From a virus (Duplodnaviria; Caudoviricetes): a DNA stretch of 63,616 bases. Where the stretch lies: positions 1 to 63,616 of the IMG/VR virus record IMGVR_UViG_3300011114_000226. One strand, written 5' to 3'. The position numbers and the translations under genes are program-made. The notes under the pieces are model-generated. The model had not been told where the DNA came from. It made no database searches and was given only the letters and a program-made list of their open reading frames with translations. Position 1 is the first letter of the stretch. Every line of letters starts with the position of its first letter. Below, piece by piece: positions 19,298 to 29,532 of the stretch.

Positions 19298-22200
19298 ATG
19301 CCTTCATATAAAATTGAAATTCCGGGTCAAGGTTCTTTTAATGTTGACTCTCCCACGGAATTAACTGATGATCAAGCCTATAGAGCTGTGCAACAGCAGC
19401 TACAAATAGAAGCTCAACCCCAAACTGCTGGTATAGGTGAAGCCCTAAAAGGTGGAACTAAACGCTTAATAGAATCTATACGTACAGGAGTGGAAGCTCC
19501 GTTTATTGGCGGTGAAGAAGCCGCTGCAAGGGGTATCGCTCGACAAGAAGCAATCACAGAAAAACCTGCTGCAAGTCTAGATGAAATTAAACGTATCTAT
19601 GAACAAAAAGGTTTACTCCCCGCAGCTAAAGAAGCCATATCACAACTTCCGGCTAGTATAGCTGAACAAGCCCCGTTTATTGGCACCATGATCGGTGGTG
19701 CTAGATTGGGCGCTATGGTAGGCGGTGTACCTGGTGCTATAGCCGGCGCTGCAATATCTCCATTCCTTTCCGCCGCTGGATCTAACATTGAACGCCAAGC
19801 GCAAGAAGATATTAAAGCAGGGCGTCCTATTGATGTTAGTAGAGCTAAAGCATATGCTGCAGCATTACCACAAGCCGCTCTTGATGTAGGCGCTATGGAA
19901 TTAGGGCTAGGTAAAGTTTTAGGTATTAGCAAAATGGGTACTGAAGCTGCAGAAAAAATAGCAACAGAGTCATTAAAAAAATCTATTGCTATAGGTATTG
20001 GTAAAACTGCATTAGCTGAAGTTCCTACAGAAGTTGTTCAACAAATGTTAGAGAGATCTCAAGCTGGGCTTTCTTTAACTACCCCAGATGCATTAAAAGA
20101 ATATAAAGACACAGCATATCAAGCAGTATTATTATCCCCATTAGGAAGCGCGGCACGTATTGCAGAACGAGGAGAAGCTAAACAAAAAGTAGAGGCGTTA
20201 GCTAATCTAGGTGCAGACCAACAACGGGCTTATGAGGAATCAATTAGAGCTGAACAAGTTGCCACACTTAAAAATGATATTGAAGAAATGCAAAGACAAA
20301 AAGCAATTCAAGACGCTATTCTTCCGCCAGAACAATATAAATTATTAGCTGCTCCTAAACAAGAACCTATTGTAGCTACATCAACAGAAGCTTTAGGCAC
20401 AGAAAAACAAATAGAAGAGTATTTAAAAACTGTCCCTGAAGAACAACAAGTAGCCGAACGTGCAAGGCTTATGGGTATGGCGTCACAACCTATCCAATCA
20501 ATTATTTCTGATAAAACATTACAAGATTTAGGTATTGGTAAATCAGCTATAATTAGAAAAAATGGAATACTACAAAATTTAGATTTAACTAACCCAGAAA
20601 AAGCTCAAGAAGCTGTAGATATTTTAACTGCATATAAAGATACAACAGGCGTTAATAAGAATACTAAAGCTAAAGTAGAAGAATATATTGCTAACATTCC
20701 TAATTTAATAGAGGCAGCTAAAAATGAAAGATTGGTCACCGAAGGATCTAGAGATAATCTTCAAGTATCTGGACAACCCGTATCAGGAGAAGTTTCCCCT
20801 ACAGCTCAAGGAGAGCTCGGAGATGGAGTTACTAACCTTGCAGACGTTACTGGAAGACTTGAAGGACGAACAGAGGCACAGCCCGCTGCATTAGCGCCAG
20901 AAACTACTGAAGTAATGAAATCCGCAGAAGAGCTTGCACCTACTACGGAAGAAGTTGCTCCTACAGAAACAATATCTCCTACAGCAACTGGGGAAACACA
21001 ATTATCTAAGGATGAAATAACTACTACCTCAGAAACCCCGGAATCAATTCTAGCTGCTTTAACAGAGCGCTTTGGTAATAATATAAATAAAGCCGTTGAC
21101 AGAGGAGATGTAAAACTTATTACAAGTGATCAAGCTCCATCAGATATAGCAGCTGATGCGGTAGCATATTATGATAAAGGTGTTGCTCATTTAATTACAG
21201 ACAGATTATCTAAAGAAGAAGCTCCTCGTAAGATACTTCACGAAGTAGGTGCTCACTACGGTCTTGAAGGTATGGCTGGTAAGAGTTTATATAGAGATAT
21301 TCTACGTACAGTCAATAGGCTTAAAGATACAGACAAAGATGTAAGAGCTGCGCATGAGCATGTTAACAATAGGTATAAAGAATTAGCACAAGGTAGTCAG
21401 CCCCATTTAGAAGAAGTGCTTGCTCGTCTTGGTGAGTCTGCGCCTAATCATAATTTATGGCGTCGTATTGTTGCAGCCGTAAAAGATTTCTTATATAAAA
21501 AAGGTTTATGGAATGTTAACCGTATGGATGTTAAAGATATCCAAGACTTAATTAACAGGTCTACTGCAAAGGCTCTAGCAGGCAAGATTAAACCGGCTAA
21601 AACTACAGAAATTAAATATGCTAAAGAAGAAGCTCAAGAAGTATCTCCTGAATACCAAGGTACTAGTATATTTGCTCCACCAAAAGAAAAAGAAGGTGGT
21701 AATTTTAAAGAGCATGTAGAAGATTTTAAAAACTTTAAATTTGATAAAGATACAAGAGAAGATCTATTCTTAAAAGGCAGAATTAAAGTTGCTTATTCAG
21801 GAGCGGGCGTACAAAGCAAATTAATGGACGACTTTAATGATACAGTAAATGATGCGTTAAAGGGCGTTCGTGCTGACGTATTAATGAGCCAAGCTTTAAA
21901 TAGTAATATCCTAGGATCTGAATCAGCCAAAATAGGATTCGTAGATTTTGATGATCTTAATATAGCACGTGTTGTAGCTAACGAAAATAATCTATCTAAC
22001 ATTAATGAAGAGATTGCTAAACTATCAAAACAAATCGGTCCTGAAAATGCTAAGCATGTAACTCAGGCTTACTTATTAGGGCTACGTTATCAATATGAAC
22101 TAGATGAAAATAATAGACTTGAGACCCAAGCTAAAAAAGAAGAGTCAGAAGGCAAGAAAGCAACAGCTGCTAAAACAAGAGAAGGTAAAACTAAAATAAC

Positions 22201-24319
22201 AGAAGAGCAGCAAGCAGCAATCCCTGAAGCATTAAGTTATGGAGATAAGTATCCTGAAGTAAAACGCGTTGCGGAAATGTATAAAGTCTTCAATGATAAC
22301 GATACTAACATGCTAGAAAAAGCGGGTATCTATTCTAAAGACCAAGCTGAACGATATAGAAAAACAAGAGGCTATGTACCTCTATTTAGATTAATGGACG
22401 AAATGGAAAGAGCTAATCCAGGCGCTCGTCAATTCTTTAGAGGCTTTGCAGATGTAGGTCGTGAATATGCATTTGAAGGTTCTGAAAGACAAGTACTAGA
22501 TGTATTTGATAATATGCTAACGCGTCATATGTGGGCGGTTAATGCTGCTGTCAGAAATAAAGCCAATCAACAAGTTGCTAAACAGCTTGCGGTTAGAAAT
22601 GATAATGGAAAGGTAGACCTTCATGAAAATATTAATCCAGAAAAAATTGATAGAATGGCTCCGGTCTTTGTCAATGGTAAACGTAGGTTTGTTGAGTATA
22701 CAGATCCTAATTTTGCTATTGCTATACATGGCGCTGAGCCCGCACTAGGTCCTATCCTAGGCATGTTTGGTACAGCAAGTAGAGCACTTCGTATTGGTGT
22801 AACTTCATTGCCTCCATTCCAAGTTTATCAAGTATTTAATGATGCAACTCGTGCAGCTATGTTATCAGGCGTTAAGAGCCCATTTAAACTTATGGCTAGG
22901 GTTATTGGAAGCTTCGGCACAATCCTTAAAGATCAAACAAATGATCCTATCTCAATTGAAATGAAACGATTAGGTATTAGTGGGGGCTATGGTCACACAG
23001 CGTTAGAAGTTTCTGACAAGATGCGTCGTGATCTAAATTTAAAAACAAATACGTTAATGAAGCAAGCTTTAGATAAAGCAGAGAAATTTGCAGCTGCATC
23101 TGATATGGCGCAACGTAGAGCTATTTATATTCAAACTTTATTAGAATCGGGCGGTACTCAAAACCCTGATGGCTCTATATCAGGCGGTAATAAAGTATTA
23201 GCTATGCACCGTGCTATGGATATTATTAACTGGCAGAAGCATGGAACGTCCGGCAAATTAAGAATTTTATCTCAAGTTGTTCCGTTTATGAATGCATATA
23301 TCCAAGGCATGGATGTTTTAATTGGTGCTATGCGTGGAAAAGCAATTAGTGGTACAGCGAAGAAAGAAGCTCAAACATTATTTCTACAGACAGCCATTAA
23401 GATTGCAGCGCTATCCATGCTATACTCAATGTTGATTGCGGATGATGAAGAGTATCAAAAGCTTGATGATAGAACTAAAGTAAGATCATTCATTATTCCT
23501 GGCGCTGGAGTTAAGATTCCTGTGTCTGCTGAAGTTGCGCTGTTAACAAAAGCAATCCCAGAACTTATGTATCAGTATATTTCTCGTGAGGGTACAGCAA
23601 GCCCGATGGATGCTACTAAACTACGTAATGAACTTGGCGTAGCTCTTCTTGATGGATTGTTAGGTCCTAACTTATTACCACAAATTGCGCGCCCTACATT
23701 AGAAGCCATAACTAATTATAACTTCTTAACTGGTAGTCCTCTCGTAGGTAGAGGCTTAGAGAATTTAAGAACCTCTGATCAGTTTACAGAGAATACTTCT
23801 GAGCTTGCTAAACTTATTGGTAAGTCCGGTATTATTTCGCCATTAAAAATAGATCATTTAATGAAGGGGTACGGAGGCACTGCAGTTTCAGGCGTCCTTT
23901 ATGGCACCGATGCAGTAGCTAATGTGTTCTACGAAGATAAATTACCTACAACTCCATTACATAAAGTTCCAAGTATTGGCTCATTCTTCTACAACCCTAA
24001 TGGCAAAGATCAACTCAATGATTACTATGACCTTAAAGATAGAGTAGCAGAAGTAGTAACTACATATAACCGACTAGTGAAGTTTGGTCATCAAGGTGAA
24101 GCGTTAGAATATGCGCAAGAAAATAAAGAGCTAATGTCTATCAAGTCTCAAGTTAATGCTATCAATACAAACATGACTAAGCTTCGTGATTTCCGTAAAG
24201 CTGTAATTAATAGTAATATAAGTTCAGATGCAAAACGCGACCAGCTAGATAAAATTGATCTTCAGATTAATGCTATGGTTAAAAACATAGGAATGCTAAG
24301 AGTTCAAGCAGGACTTTAA
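19298..24319 (+). CDS. Large internal virion protein (polyvalent type; zincin-like HE motif; LPD38-like C-terminus)
   Basis: 1673 aa; ILHEVGAHYGL; VPFMNAYIQG, NYNFLTGSPLV and SPLKIDHLMKGYGG motifs. Confidence 0.65.
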   Translation: MPSYKIEIPGQGSFNVDSPTELTDDQAYRAVQQQLQIEAQPQTAGIGEALKGGTKRLIESIRTGVEAPFIGGEEAAARGIARQEAITEKPAASLDEIKRIYEQKGLLPAAKEAISQLPASIAEQAPFIGTMIGGARLGAMVGGVPGAIAGAAISPFLSAAGSNIERQAQEDIKAGRPIDVSRAKAYAAALPQAALDVGAMELGLGKVLGISKMGTEAAEKIATESLKKSIAIGIGKTALAEVPTEVVQQMLERSQAGLSLTTPDALKEYKDTAYQAVLLSPLGSAARIAERGEAKQKVEALANLGADQQRAYEESIRAEQVATLKNDIEEMQRQKAIQDAILPPEQYKLLAAPKQEPIVATSTEALGTEKQIEEYLKTVPEEQQVAERARLMGMASQPIQSIISDKTLQDLGIGKSAIIRKNGILQNLDLTNPEKAQEAVDILTAYKDTTGVNKNTKAKVEEYIANIPNLIEAAKNERLVTEGSRDNLQVSGQPVSGEVSPTAQGELGDGVTNLADVTGRLEGRTEAQPAALAPETTEVMKSAEELAPTTEEVAPTETISPTATGETQLSKDEITTTSETPESILAALTERFGNNINKAVDRGDVKLITSDQAPSDIAADAVAYYDKGVAHLITDRLSKEEAPRKILHEVGAHYGLEGMAGKSLYRDILRTVNRLKDTDKDVRAAHEHVNNRYKELAQGSQPHLEEVLARLGESAPNHNLWRRIVAAVKDFLYKKGLWNVNRMDVKDIQDLINRSTAKALAGKIKPAKTTEIKYAKEEAQEVSPEYQGTSIFAPPKEKEGGNFKEHVEDFKNFKFDKDTREDLFLKGRIKVAYSGAGVQSKLMDDFNDTVNDALKGVRADVLMSQALNSNILGSESAKIGFVDFDDLNIARVVANENNLSNINEEIAKLSKQIGPENAKHVTQAYLLGLRYQYELDENNRLETQAKKEESEGKKATAAKTREGKTKITEEQQAAIPEALSYGDKYPEVKRVAEMYKVFNDNDTNMLEKAGIYSKDQAERYRKTRGYVPLFRLMDEMERANPGARQFFRGFADVGREYAFEGSERQVLDVFDNMLTRHMWAVNAAVRNKANQQVAKQLAVRNDNGKVDLHENINPEKIDRMAPVFVNGKRRFVEYTDPNFAIAIHGAEPALGPILGMFGTASRALRIGVTSLPPFQVYQVFNDATRAAMLSGVKSPFKLMARVIGSFGTILKDQTNDPISIEMKRLGISGGYGHTALEVSDKMRRDLNLKTNTLMKQALDKAEKFAAASDMAQRRAIYIQTLLESGGTQNPDGSISGGNKVLAMHRAMDIINWQKHGTSGKLRILSQVVPFMNAYIQGMDVLIGAMRGKAISGTAKKEAQTLFLQTAIKIAALSMLYSMLIADDEEYQKLDDRTKVRSFIIPGAGVKIPVSAEVALLTKAIPELMYQYISREGTASPMDATKLRNELGVALLDGLLGPNLLPQIARPTLEAITNYNFLTGSPLVGRGLENLRTSDQFTENTSELAKLIGKSGIISPLKIDHLMKGYGGTAVSGVLYGTDAVANVFYEDKLPTTPLHKVPSIGSFFYNPNGKDQLNDYYDLKDRVAEVVTTYNRLVKFGHQGEALEYAQENKELMSIKSQVNAINTNMTKLRDFRKAVINSNISSDAKRDQLDKIDLQINAMVKNIGMLRVQAGL

Positions 24320-24522
24320 GCAATACGCCAAGCTCTAACCCCAAGACATTCGTCTTTCACAGTCACAAAAGCTTTTACTTTTACTCCCGCTCGTTTAGCT
24401 CCCGACTCTAATGCATAGATCATAGGTGCAGGCTTTAAGGTGGGGACAAAGAAACTATCCCCTACACTCATTGCGTCAAACGGAAATATCCATTCAGGTT
24501 CAGTCAGTTGAGTCAGAATCAA
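24316..24522 (-). CDS. Small conserved phage protein, putative DNA-binding
   Basis: FPFDAMSVGDSFFVP...GVRAWR motif; last gene of the - arm. Confidence 0.6.
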   Translation of the reverse strand: MILTQLTEPEWIFPFDAMSVGDSFFVPTLKPAPMIYALESGAKRAGVKVKAFVTVKDECLGVRAWRIA

Positions 24523-27349
24523 ACCCTTTCACAGCGCCTGGAATCGTATTTAAATCTATCTTATACACACGAGTAGTTGACTTACCTACATCTTTCCAAC
24601 CTGCTGACATACGTTTAACTGAACTCTTACCTGCATCAATGTCAATACCTAGAGCCATGATCTGAAATATAAACTCTTTAGTACTGATACTCATTTCATG
24701 CAAGTACTTATCAAACTCTGTTTTAGATATATACATGGTATGACTATCATTCTCAACACGAATAACAAACGATGTACGAGGTTCCATAACAATCTTATTA
24801 TCTTTGAATGCAAGGATACCTGTTTGATTTCTATTAATGTAGTCTGAAAGTATGGACTCATAGTTAACACTATTAACCTTAACTACGTTGTCTCTAATCG
24901 CTACCATCTCAGCTACAATCTTGTGGTAGATTCTTTCCAAGTCAAACTGAGTAATGCCCGCAGCATTGGTTATTTCACCTGCAGTCATTGCAACGGACAC
25001 TACGTTTTCATAGAATCGATACGCAGTATCTTCTCCAAAGTTCTTCTTGAAGCGTAGGCACCATTTGTCAACAGCCTTGCTAATACCTGATTCACCTAAT
25101 TGATATACGCCCTTAATAAATTCAGGACCAGCCCAACCATAGTTAAATCTAAATTGATCAAATATATCTCGACCTAATGCAGAGTCATTCCTAAATGCTT
25201 CTGGTTTTCTTACAGTAAGCTCAATCAATCGTGCAACTTCACCATTAGGATCTTTTTTCAATGTAACTAACTTATCATATAAAGATTGGTTTGATGTAAA
25301 GATTGCAACTAATGAAGCTGACATCTCGTGATCTCGTTCTGCGTTAACAGAAGCTTGCATTCTAATCTTTGATTTACCTTGAGATATTTTATGGATCAGC
25401 TGAGACAATGTTTTAGGTAAGATGTTACCTACTTCGTCTAATCCGAATGGAATATTATGTAGACCTAAGTACCGCCCAGTCATACCATTCTCTGTTGCTT
25501 CTAACACGGATAGATCCTTAGGATTGCCCCATACACTTAGTGCTGCATATAAAGCGCCTGTCTTAGCCGCACCGGATTCACCTGTTAAACATATAGTGAC
25601 CCCTGATGTCGATGTATAGTCCATCAAAGCCGAGCCAAACCCTGTCAACATTGTAAATGCGTGGAGTTCTAAACTTGGTGTATTAAGTTTGTTTGCAGCT
25701 TCCTTCCATGCTTCGTATGTACCTGCTGTACTTAAATGCTTGGCAATACCTCGGCAAAGCGGAGAAGTCGGAGACGATACTTCTTTGCCATCTCGTAAAT
25801 ACTCCGTAGCACCAATTACAAATGATTCTCTGTTGGGTGTCCAGCCCATTTGCATACGCATGATTTCTGCGGGACTCTTGTTCATGAGGTATTGACCCCA
25901 CTTAATTATATAACTCATAAGATAACCTACTTCCTTATTTCCTGGATTAAATAACACGCCGTTACTAGCTATGACCTCTTTAAATTTGTCTAACGCGTAG
26001 ACATGCTTAATAGGTAGTAAGAATTCTCTTTCAGGATCGTTGGGTAACATGGCTTTCATAAGTAAGCATTCGCCATCAGCGACACTGAAGATTCTCTTAA
26101 TAGGGTATATATCATACAAGGATACGATGACAGATTTTTGTTTTGTTATGTTTCCATCATCGTCTTCTTCGGCTATTAAGTAATAAATACCACCGTTTTT
26201 TCCATAAACAAACGGATAAAGTTCTTCAGGTAATGTCTTAAGTGCAGTTGTGACTGTGCCTGTTTTAGGATCAGGTGTATGCACCACAGCATGTTCTGAA
26301 GGTGGAACTGTTTGTAATTCTTTTCCAATATTAATTGGAGTATTAACTTTTGTTTTAAATGCGCATCCTTCGCATCCGCCTGGATTAACTTCTTCCATCG
26401 TTTTACAATAATAAGGTTTTAATCTACCGCCATCAGGTAGAATTGTTTTTCTAATTGTAGCGTCGCGAGTATAACCTGGATGATCCTCTGACATCATATG
26501 AATAGCTTCATCACCATCACTGCAATTCACAGCAATAGATAAGCCTGCTCTCCATACAGGTTCAGTTAGATTCTTTGAGTTCTCTAGAATAAACTTAATC
26601 TGATTACATCCTTCACCATTTAAAGACTTAATAGCCAAATCAGAAAACTTAGTTTGATAATTATCAAGCTTAGCTGCTTTTCTTTGTTCTTCTGATAAGT
26701 TACCTCTAGGGATAGATGCAAGAATATCATCTTGACTTTGTACTATTTCTCCTAGAAAGTTTTTAAACTCATCGAATGAATAGATAGGCATGTCTGTACC
26801 TATTACTTTAGTAGGCGTAGGAGGTTCAGTCTTTTGATTAAATGTATCTGGGCATCGTAGAATACGAGCCAAGTCTGCGGTGACTACAGGATCAATGTTA
26901 AGTCCATGAGATAAGCAGAAGTTCTTAAACTTTTCAGCATAAGGTTTCCATTCATCCGCAGGAATATCTTTGTCAAACAACCAGTAAGCGTGAACACCGC
27001 CACCTGAATCAATGCGAACTGGAGGAGGTAATTCATTTGCTTCTATAAATATATCAATCGCGTTTAGTGCATCTTGTTTAGTATCATACCCTTTACCTTC
27101 ACCTACATCTAAGTCTACAAAGAAAGACCTTACAGATTTAGCTTCATCTGCTTTACGGCTATAGCCTTTGAATGAACTCATGGCTACAAAGATATTAGTT
27201 TTAGTATTTTTCTTAGAGGATACGAAACTTTCTAGGTCGTCAATTGATTCTACAAATTTATGTTTTGTTGTTTTGTCAATCGGGTCTATGGTTGCTACGC
27301 AATAAATGCCGGTCGAGGGTAATGCTTTTTTATAAAATTCTTTAATCAT
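24500..27349 (-). CDS. Primase (AEP-like) fused to a DUF927 helicase-like domain
   Basis: FFVDLD, SGGGVHAYW and ARILRCP primase motifs; QMGW; Walker A GESGAAKT; LDE Walker B. Confidence 0.8.
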   Translation of the reverse strand: MIKEFYKKALPSTGIYCVATIDPIDKTTKHKFVESIDDLESFVSSKKNTKTNIFVAMSSFKGYSRKADEAKSVRSFFVDLDVGEGKGYDTKQDALNAIDIFIEANELPPPVRIDSGGGVHAYWLFDKDIPADEWKPYAEKFKNFCLSHGLNIDPVVTADLARILRCPDTFNQKTEPPTPTKVIGTDMPIYSFDEFKNFLGEIVQSQDDILASIPRGNLSEEQRKAAKLDNYQTKFSDLAIKSLNGEGCNQIKFILENSKNLTEPVWRAGLSIAVNCSDGDEAIHMMSEDHPGYTRDATIRKTILPDGGRLKPYYCKTMEEVNPGGCEGCAFKTKVNTPINIGKELQTVPPSEHAVVHTPDPKTGTVTTALKTLPEELYPFVYGKNGGIYYLIAEEDDDGNITKQKSVIVSLYDIYPIKRIFSVADGECLLMKAMLPNDPEREFLLPIKHVYALDKFKEVIASNGVLFNPGNKEVGYLMSYIIKWGQYLMNKSPAEIMRMQMGWTPNRESFVIGATEYLRDGKEVSSPTSPLCRGIAKHLSTAGTYEAWKEAANKLNTPSLELHAFTMLTGFGSALMDYTSTSGVTICLTGESGAAKTGALYAALSVWGNPKDLSVLEATENGMTGRYLGLHNIPFGLDEVGNILPKTLSQLIHKISQGKSKIRMQASVNAERDHEMSASLVAIFTSNQSLYDKLVTLKKDPNGEVARLIELTVRKPEAFRNDSALGRDIFDQFRFNYGWAGPEFIKGVYQLGESGISKAVDKWCLRFKKNFGEDTAYRFYENVVSVAMTAGEITNAAGITQFDLERIYHKIVAEMVAIRDNVVKVNSVNYESILSDYINRNQTGILAFKDNKIVMEPRTSFVIRVENDSHTMYISKTEFDKYLHEMSISTKEFIFQIMALGIDIDAGKSSVKRMSAGWKDVGKSTTRVYKIDLNTIPGAVKGFDSDSTD

Positions 27350-27448
27350 AATTGCAGTGACTTTCTATATTTTTAGTCAACAGTTCTCCGACGTACAAAT
27401 GTACGGTTTTTTCGGTTTATATCGGAGCAAATCTATTTTACTACGTTT

Positions 27449-27760
27449 TTATATTCTGTCGATAACTTTCGCATCAATAAAGTTTTTAGCTTCGTTTAGT
27501 GACATAGCAGGTAATCTGCCGTTGTCAAGATCCAGCTTAACTAACTCTATAAATTTAGCTATCTTCTCATAATTCTTTTCTCTAACGTATTGACCTCTGA
27601 ACCAACTATGTATAGACATCCTTGATACATTAAAGGCTTTAGCTACGTAAGAGGTAGGAAGGTTTGCTTTCACACAAACCTTACCCAGTTGAACTCCGAT
27701 CCTTGTGGGATCAGCTTTGTGTAAATCAAGTAAAAATCGTTCGCTATAAGGGCGTGCCAT
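27449..27760 (-). CDS. HTH DNA-binding protein
   Basis: VAKAFNVSRMSIHSWFRG helix-turn-helix. Confidence 0.7.
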   Translation of the reverse strand: MARPYSERFLLDLHKADPTRIGVQLGKVCVKANLPTSYVAKAFNVSRMSIHSWFRGQYVREKNYEKIAKFIELVKLDLDNGRLPAMSLNEAKNFIDAKVIDRI

Positions 27761-27769
27761 ATTATCCCC

Positions 27770-28651
27770 TTATGACTTTACAGACCATTTATTGATGATG
27801 CTACTAACATCAGCTTTAGGTGCCTGTGGTTGTGCAACGGTTGATTCTCTTAATACAGGTTCAGCTACATCCGCCGTTGGCGCAGTTGGTGTTGCTTGCG
27901 TAGTGGCTGGTGCTACCGCTGCTTGAGGTGCTTCAATTTTTAATAGATCCTCTTCAGGTTGGTACACGCTTAATTTAATATAATTTTCCGCAGCTGTGCT
28001 TTGTCCTACTTCTTCTATCACTGGTATCACTTCTGGTGATACAGCACCTGTAGCTTGGAAAAGAATACGTGGATGTTGAACTGCTGTGTCGAATTGCATA
28101 CGCGTCACTACAACGTTATTGCTAATACCATTTGAAGCTAAGTATCTAACATAAGGTTGGAACGGACGACGACCTGCTTCTTCTGAACCCCAACATGATT
28201 TACCTGGGATCACTAATTGCATAACTTCTTTTGGGTCGTTCGGTAAAACAACTGCTGTTCTCCAGTGTAGACGACAGCCTGGGTTTGCACCTTTGATACT
28301 ATGTGGACATTGATTACATGCAGGTGCTTGAGGTTCTTTAACTTCTTTATCAGGCACGCGTGAATCTGATGACCAACATGAAGGAGTTACTTTCTCTCCT
28401 TCTTTGTATGATGATGCATAAAATATTCTATGTGGGTTGTGTGCCATACGGACAAAGATAACATCCATAAAGCGTTCATCAATGGCACCCATTTCTTTAC
28501 CATTAACATATTTTCTAAATACTCCGCCTTTGATAGAGATACGTTTGCTACTTGAACCGGCACCGCCAGCAACAGCTAATGTATCTTCGTTAAGACCTTT
28601 AGTAACTAATTGCGAACTTTGTTGTAACTGACTGATTAAATCTGTACTCAT
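27770..28651 (-). CDS. Putative ssDNA-binding protein
   Basis: RISIKGGVFR, CWSSD...C..CP motifs; flexible C-terminus; replication module context. Confidence 0.55.
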   Translation of the reverse strand: MSTDLISQLQQSSQLVTKGLNEDTLAVAGGAGSSSKRISIKGGVFRKYVNGKEMGAIDERFMDVIFVRMAHNPHRIFYASSYKEGEKVTPSCWSSDSRVPDKEVKEPQAPACNQCPHSIKGANPGCRLHWRTAVVLPNDPKEVMQLVIPGKSCWGSEEAGRRPFQPYVRYLASNGISNNVVVTRMQFDTAVQHPRILFQATGAVSPEVIPVIEEVGQSTAAENYIKLSVYQPEEDLLKIEAPQAAVAPATTQATPTAPTADVAEPVLRESTVAQPQAPKADVSSIINKWSVKS

Positions 28652-28660
28652 AATAACTCC

Positions 28661-29098
28661 TTATCGACTCGTTGGTTTTCTAACTATGATGCTGTATTCT
28701 CTAACAGAACTAATACCTGGTGGTAATCCTTCTGCTTCCTTACCTTGCATATACTCTTTAAAGTTTCCATTGTGTATACGTTGTTGCAGTAACTCTAATG
28801 CGTTGTGTTCTATAATATACTGTTTGAATTCATCCCAATTACTACAGTTGTATTGCTCTTTAACTGTCTTAGTAATAGTGCCGTTGTTTGTTCTTAGGCT
28901 TTCTACCTTTAGCTCATTACATTCATCAAGCATAAAGTGTTCTAGCTGTTTCATTTCTGATTCTAATTCTTCTTTCTTCAGCATATATTGCCTATATAGA
29001 TTATCACTAGCGCTACGTATTGTCAAGTACGCTTTGACTAATTCATCAAGTTTAGGGCTTTCTTGTATTGGTTGATCTACTACTTGTTCTTCACTCAT
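28661..29098 (-). CDS. Conserved phage replication-module protein
   Basis: Coiled coil followed by WDEF...LLQQRI...PPGI. Confidence 0.55.
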   Translation of the reverse strand: MSEEQVVDQPIQESPKLDELVKAYLTIRSASDNLYRQYMLKKEELESEMKQLEHFMLDECNELKVESLRTNNGTITKTVKEQYNCSNWDEFKQYIIEHNALELLQQRIHNGNFKEYMQGKEAEGLPPGISSVREYSIIVRKPTSR

Positions 29099-29100
29099 AA

Positions 29101-29532
29101 TTACTCCTCTATTTTTTTACCGTAACTAAATAATAACTGTTTGGGAACTAGGAATGCTTTCTTTGATGCGGTATCCCCAGTGCCTACAAACTCTCTATAA
29201 ACTAATTTATTTAAAAATATACAATTAACTATATCCATAGGTTTCATAATGACAAAATCAACATCATCATAAAAGACCCAATAGTCTGCAGTCGTGGACA
29301 TAAGCCCTGACCGTTTATCAAACATCTCTATTTCTACTACAATGTTCCCTGTCTTGTTACTCATCGGGTCATACTTAACTTCTACAGATTCATCTAACTC
29401 AGGTACCCAAATATCGTACCCTTTATACTTATGTATCAATGAGGCTGAAGGATACTTCTTCCTAATCAAGTCTAGAAATTTTAATTCTATATTGATACCT
29501 CGTTGTAAATCTTCTTGGAATGTGTTAGCTAT
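29101..29532 (-). CDS. PD-(D/E)XK-fold nuclease-like protein with apparent ATA start
   Basis: YDI...VEVKYD..TGNIVVE...SGL..TTADYW; frame is open to ATA 29532 behind AGGAG. Confidence 0.6.
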   Translation of the reverse strand: MANTFQEDLQRGINIELKFLDLIRKKYPSASLIHKYKGYDIWVPELDESVEVKYDPMSNKTGNIVVEIEMFDKRSGLMSTTADYWVFYDDVDFVIMKPMDIVNCIFLNKLVYREFVGTGDTASKKAFLVPKQLLFSYGKKIEE

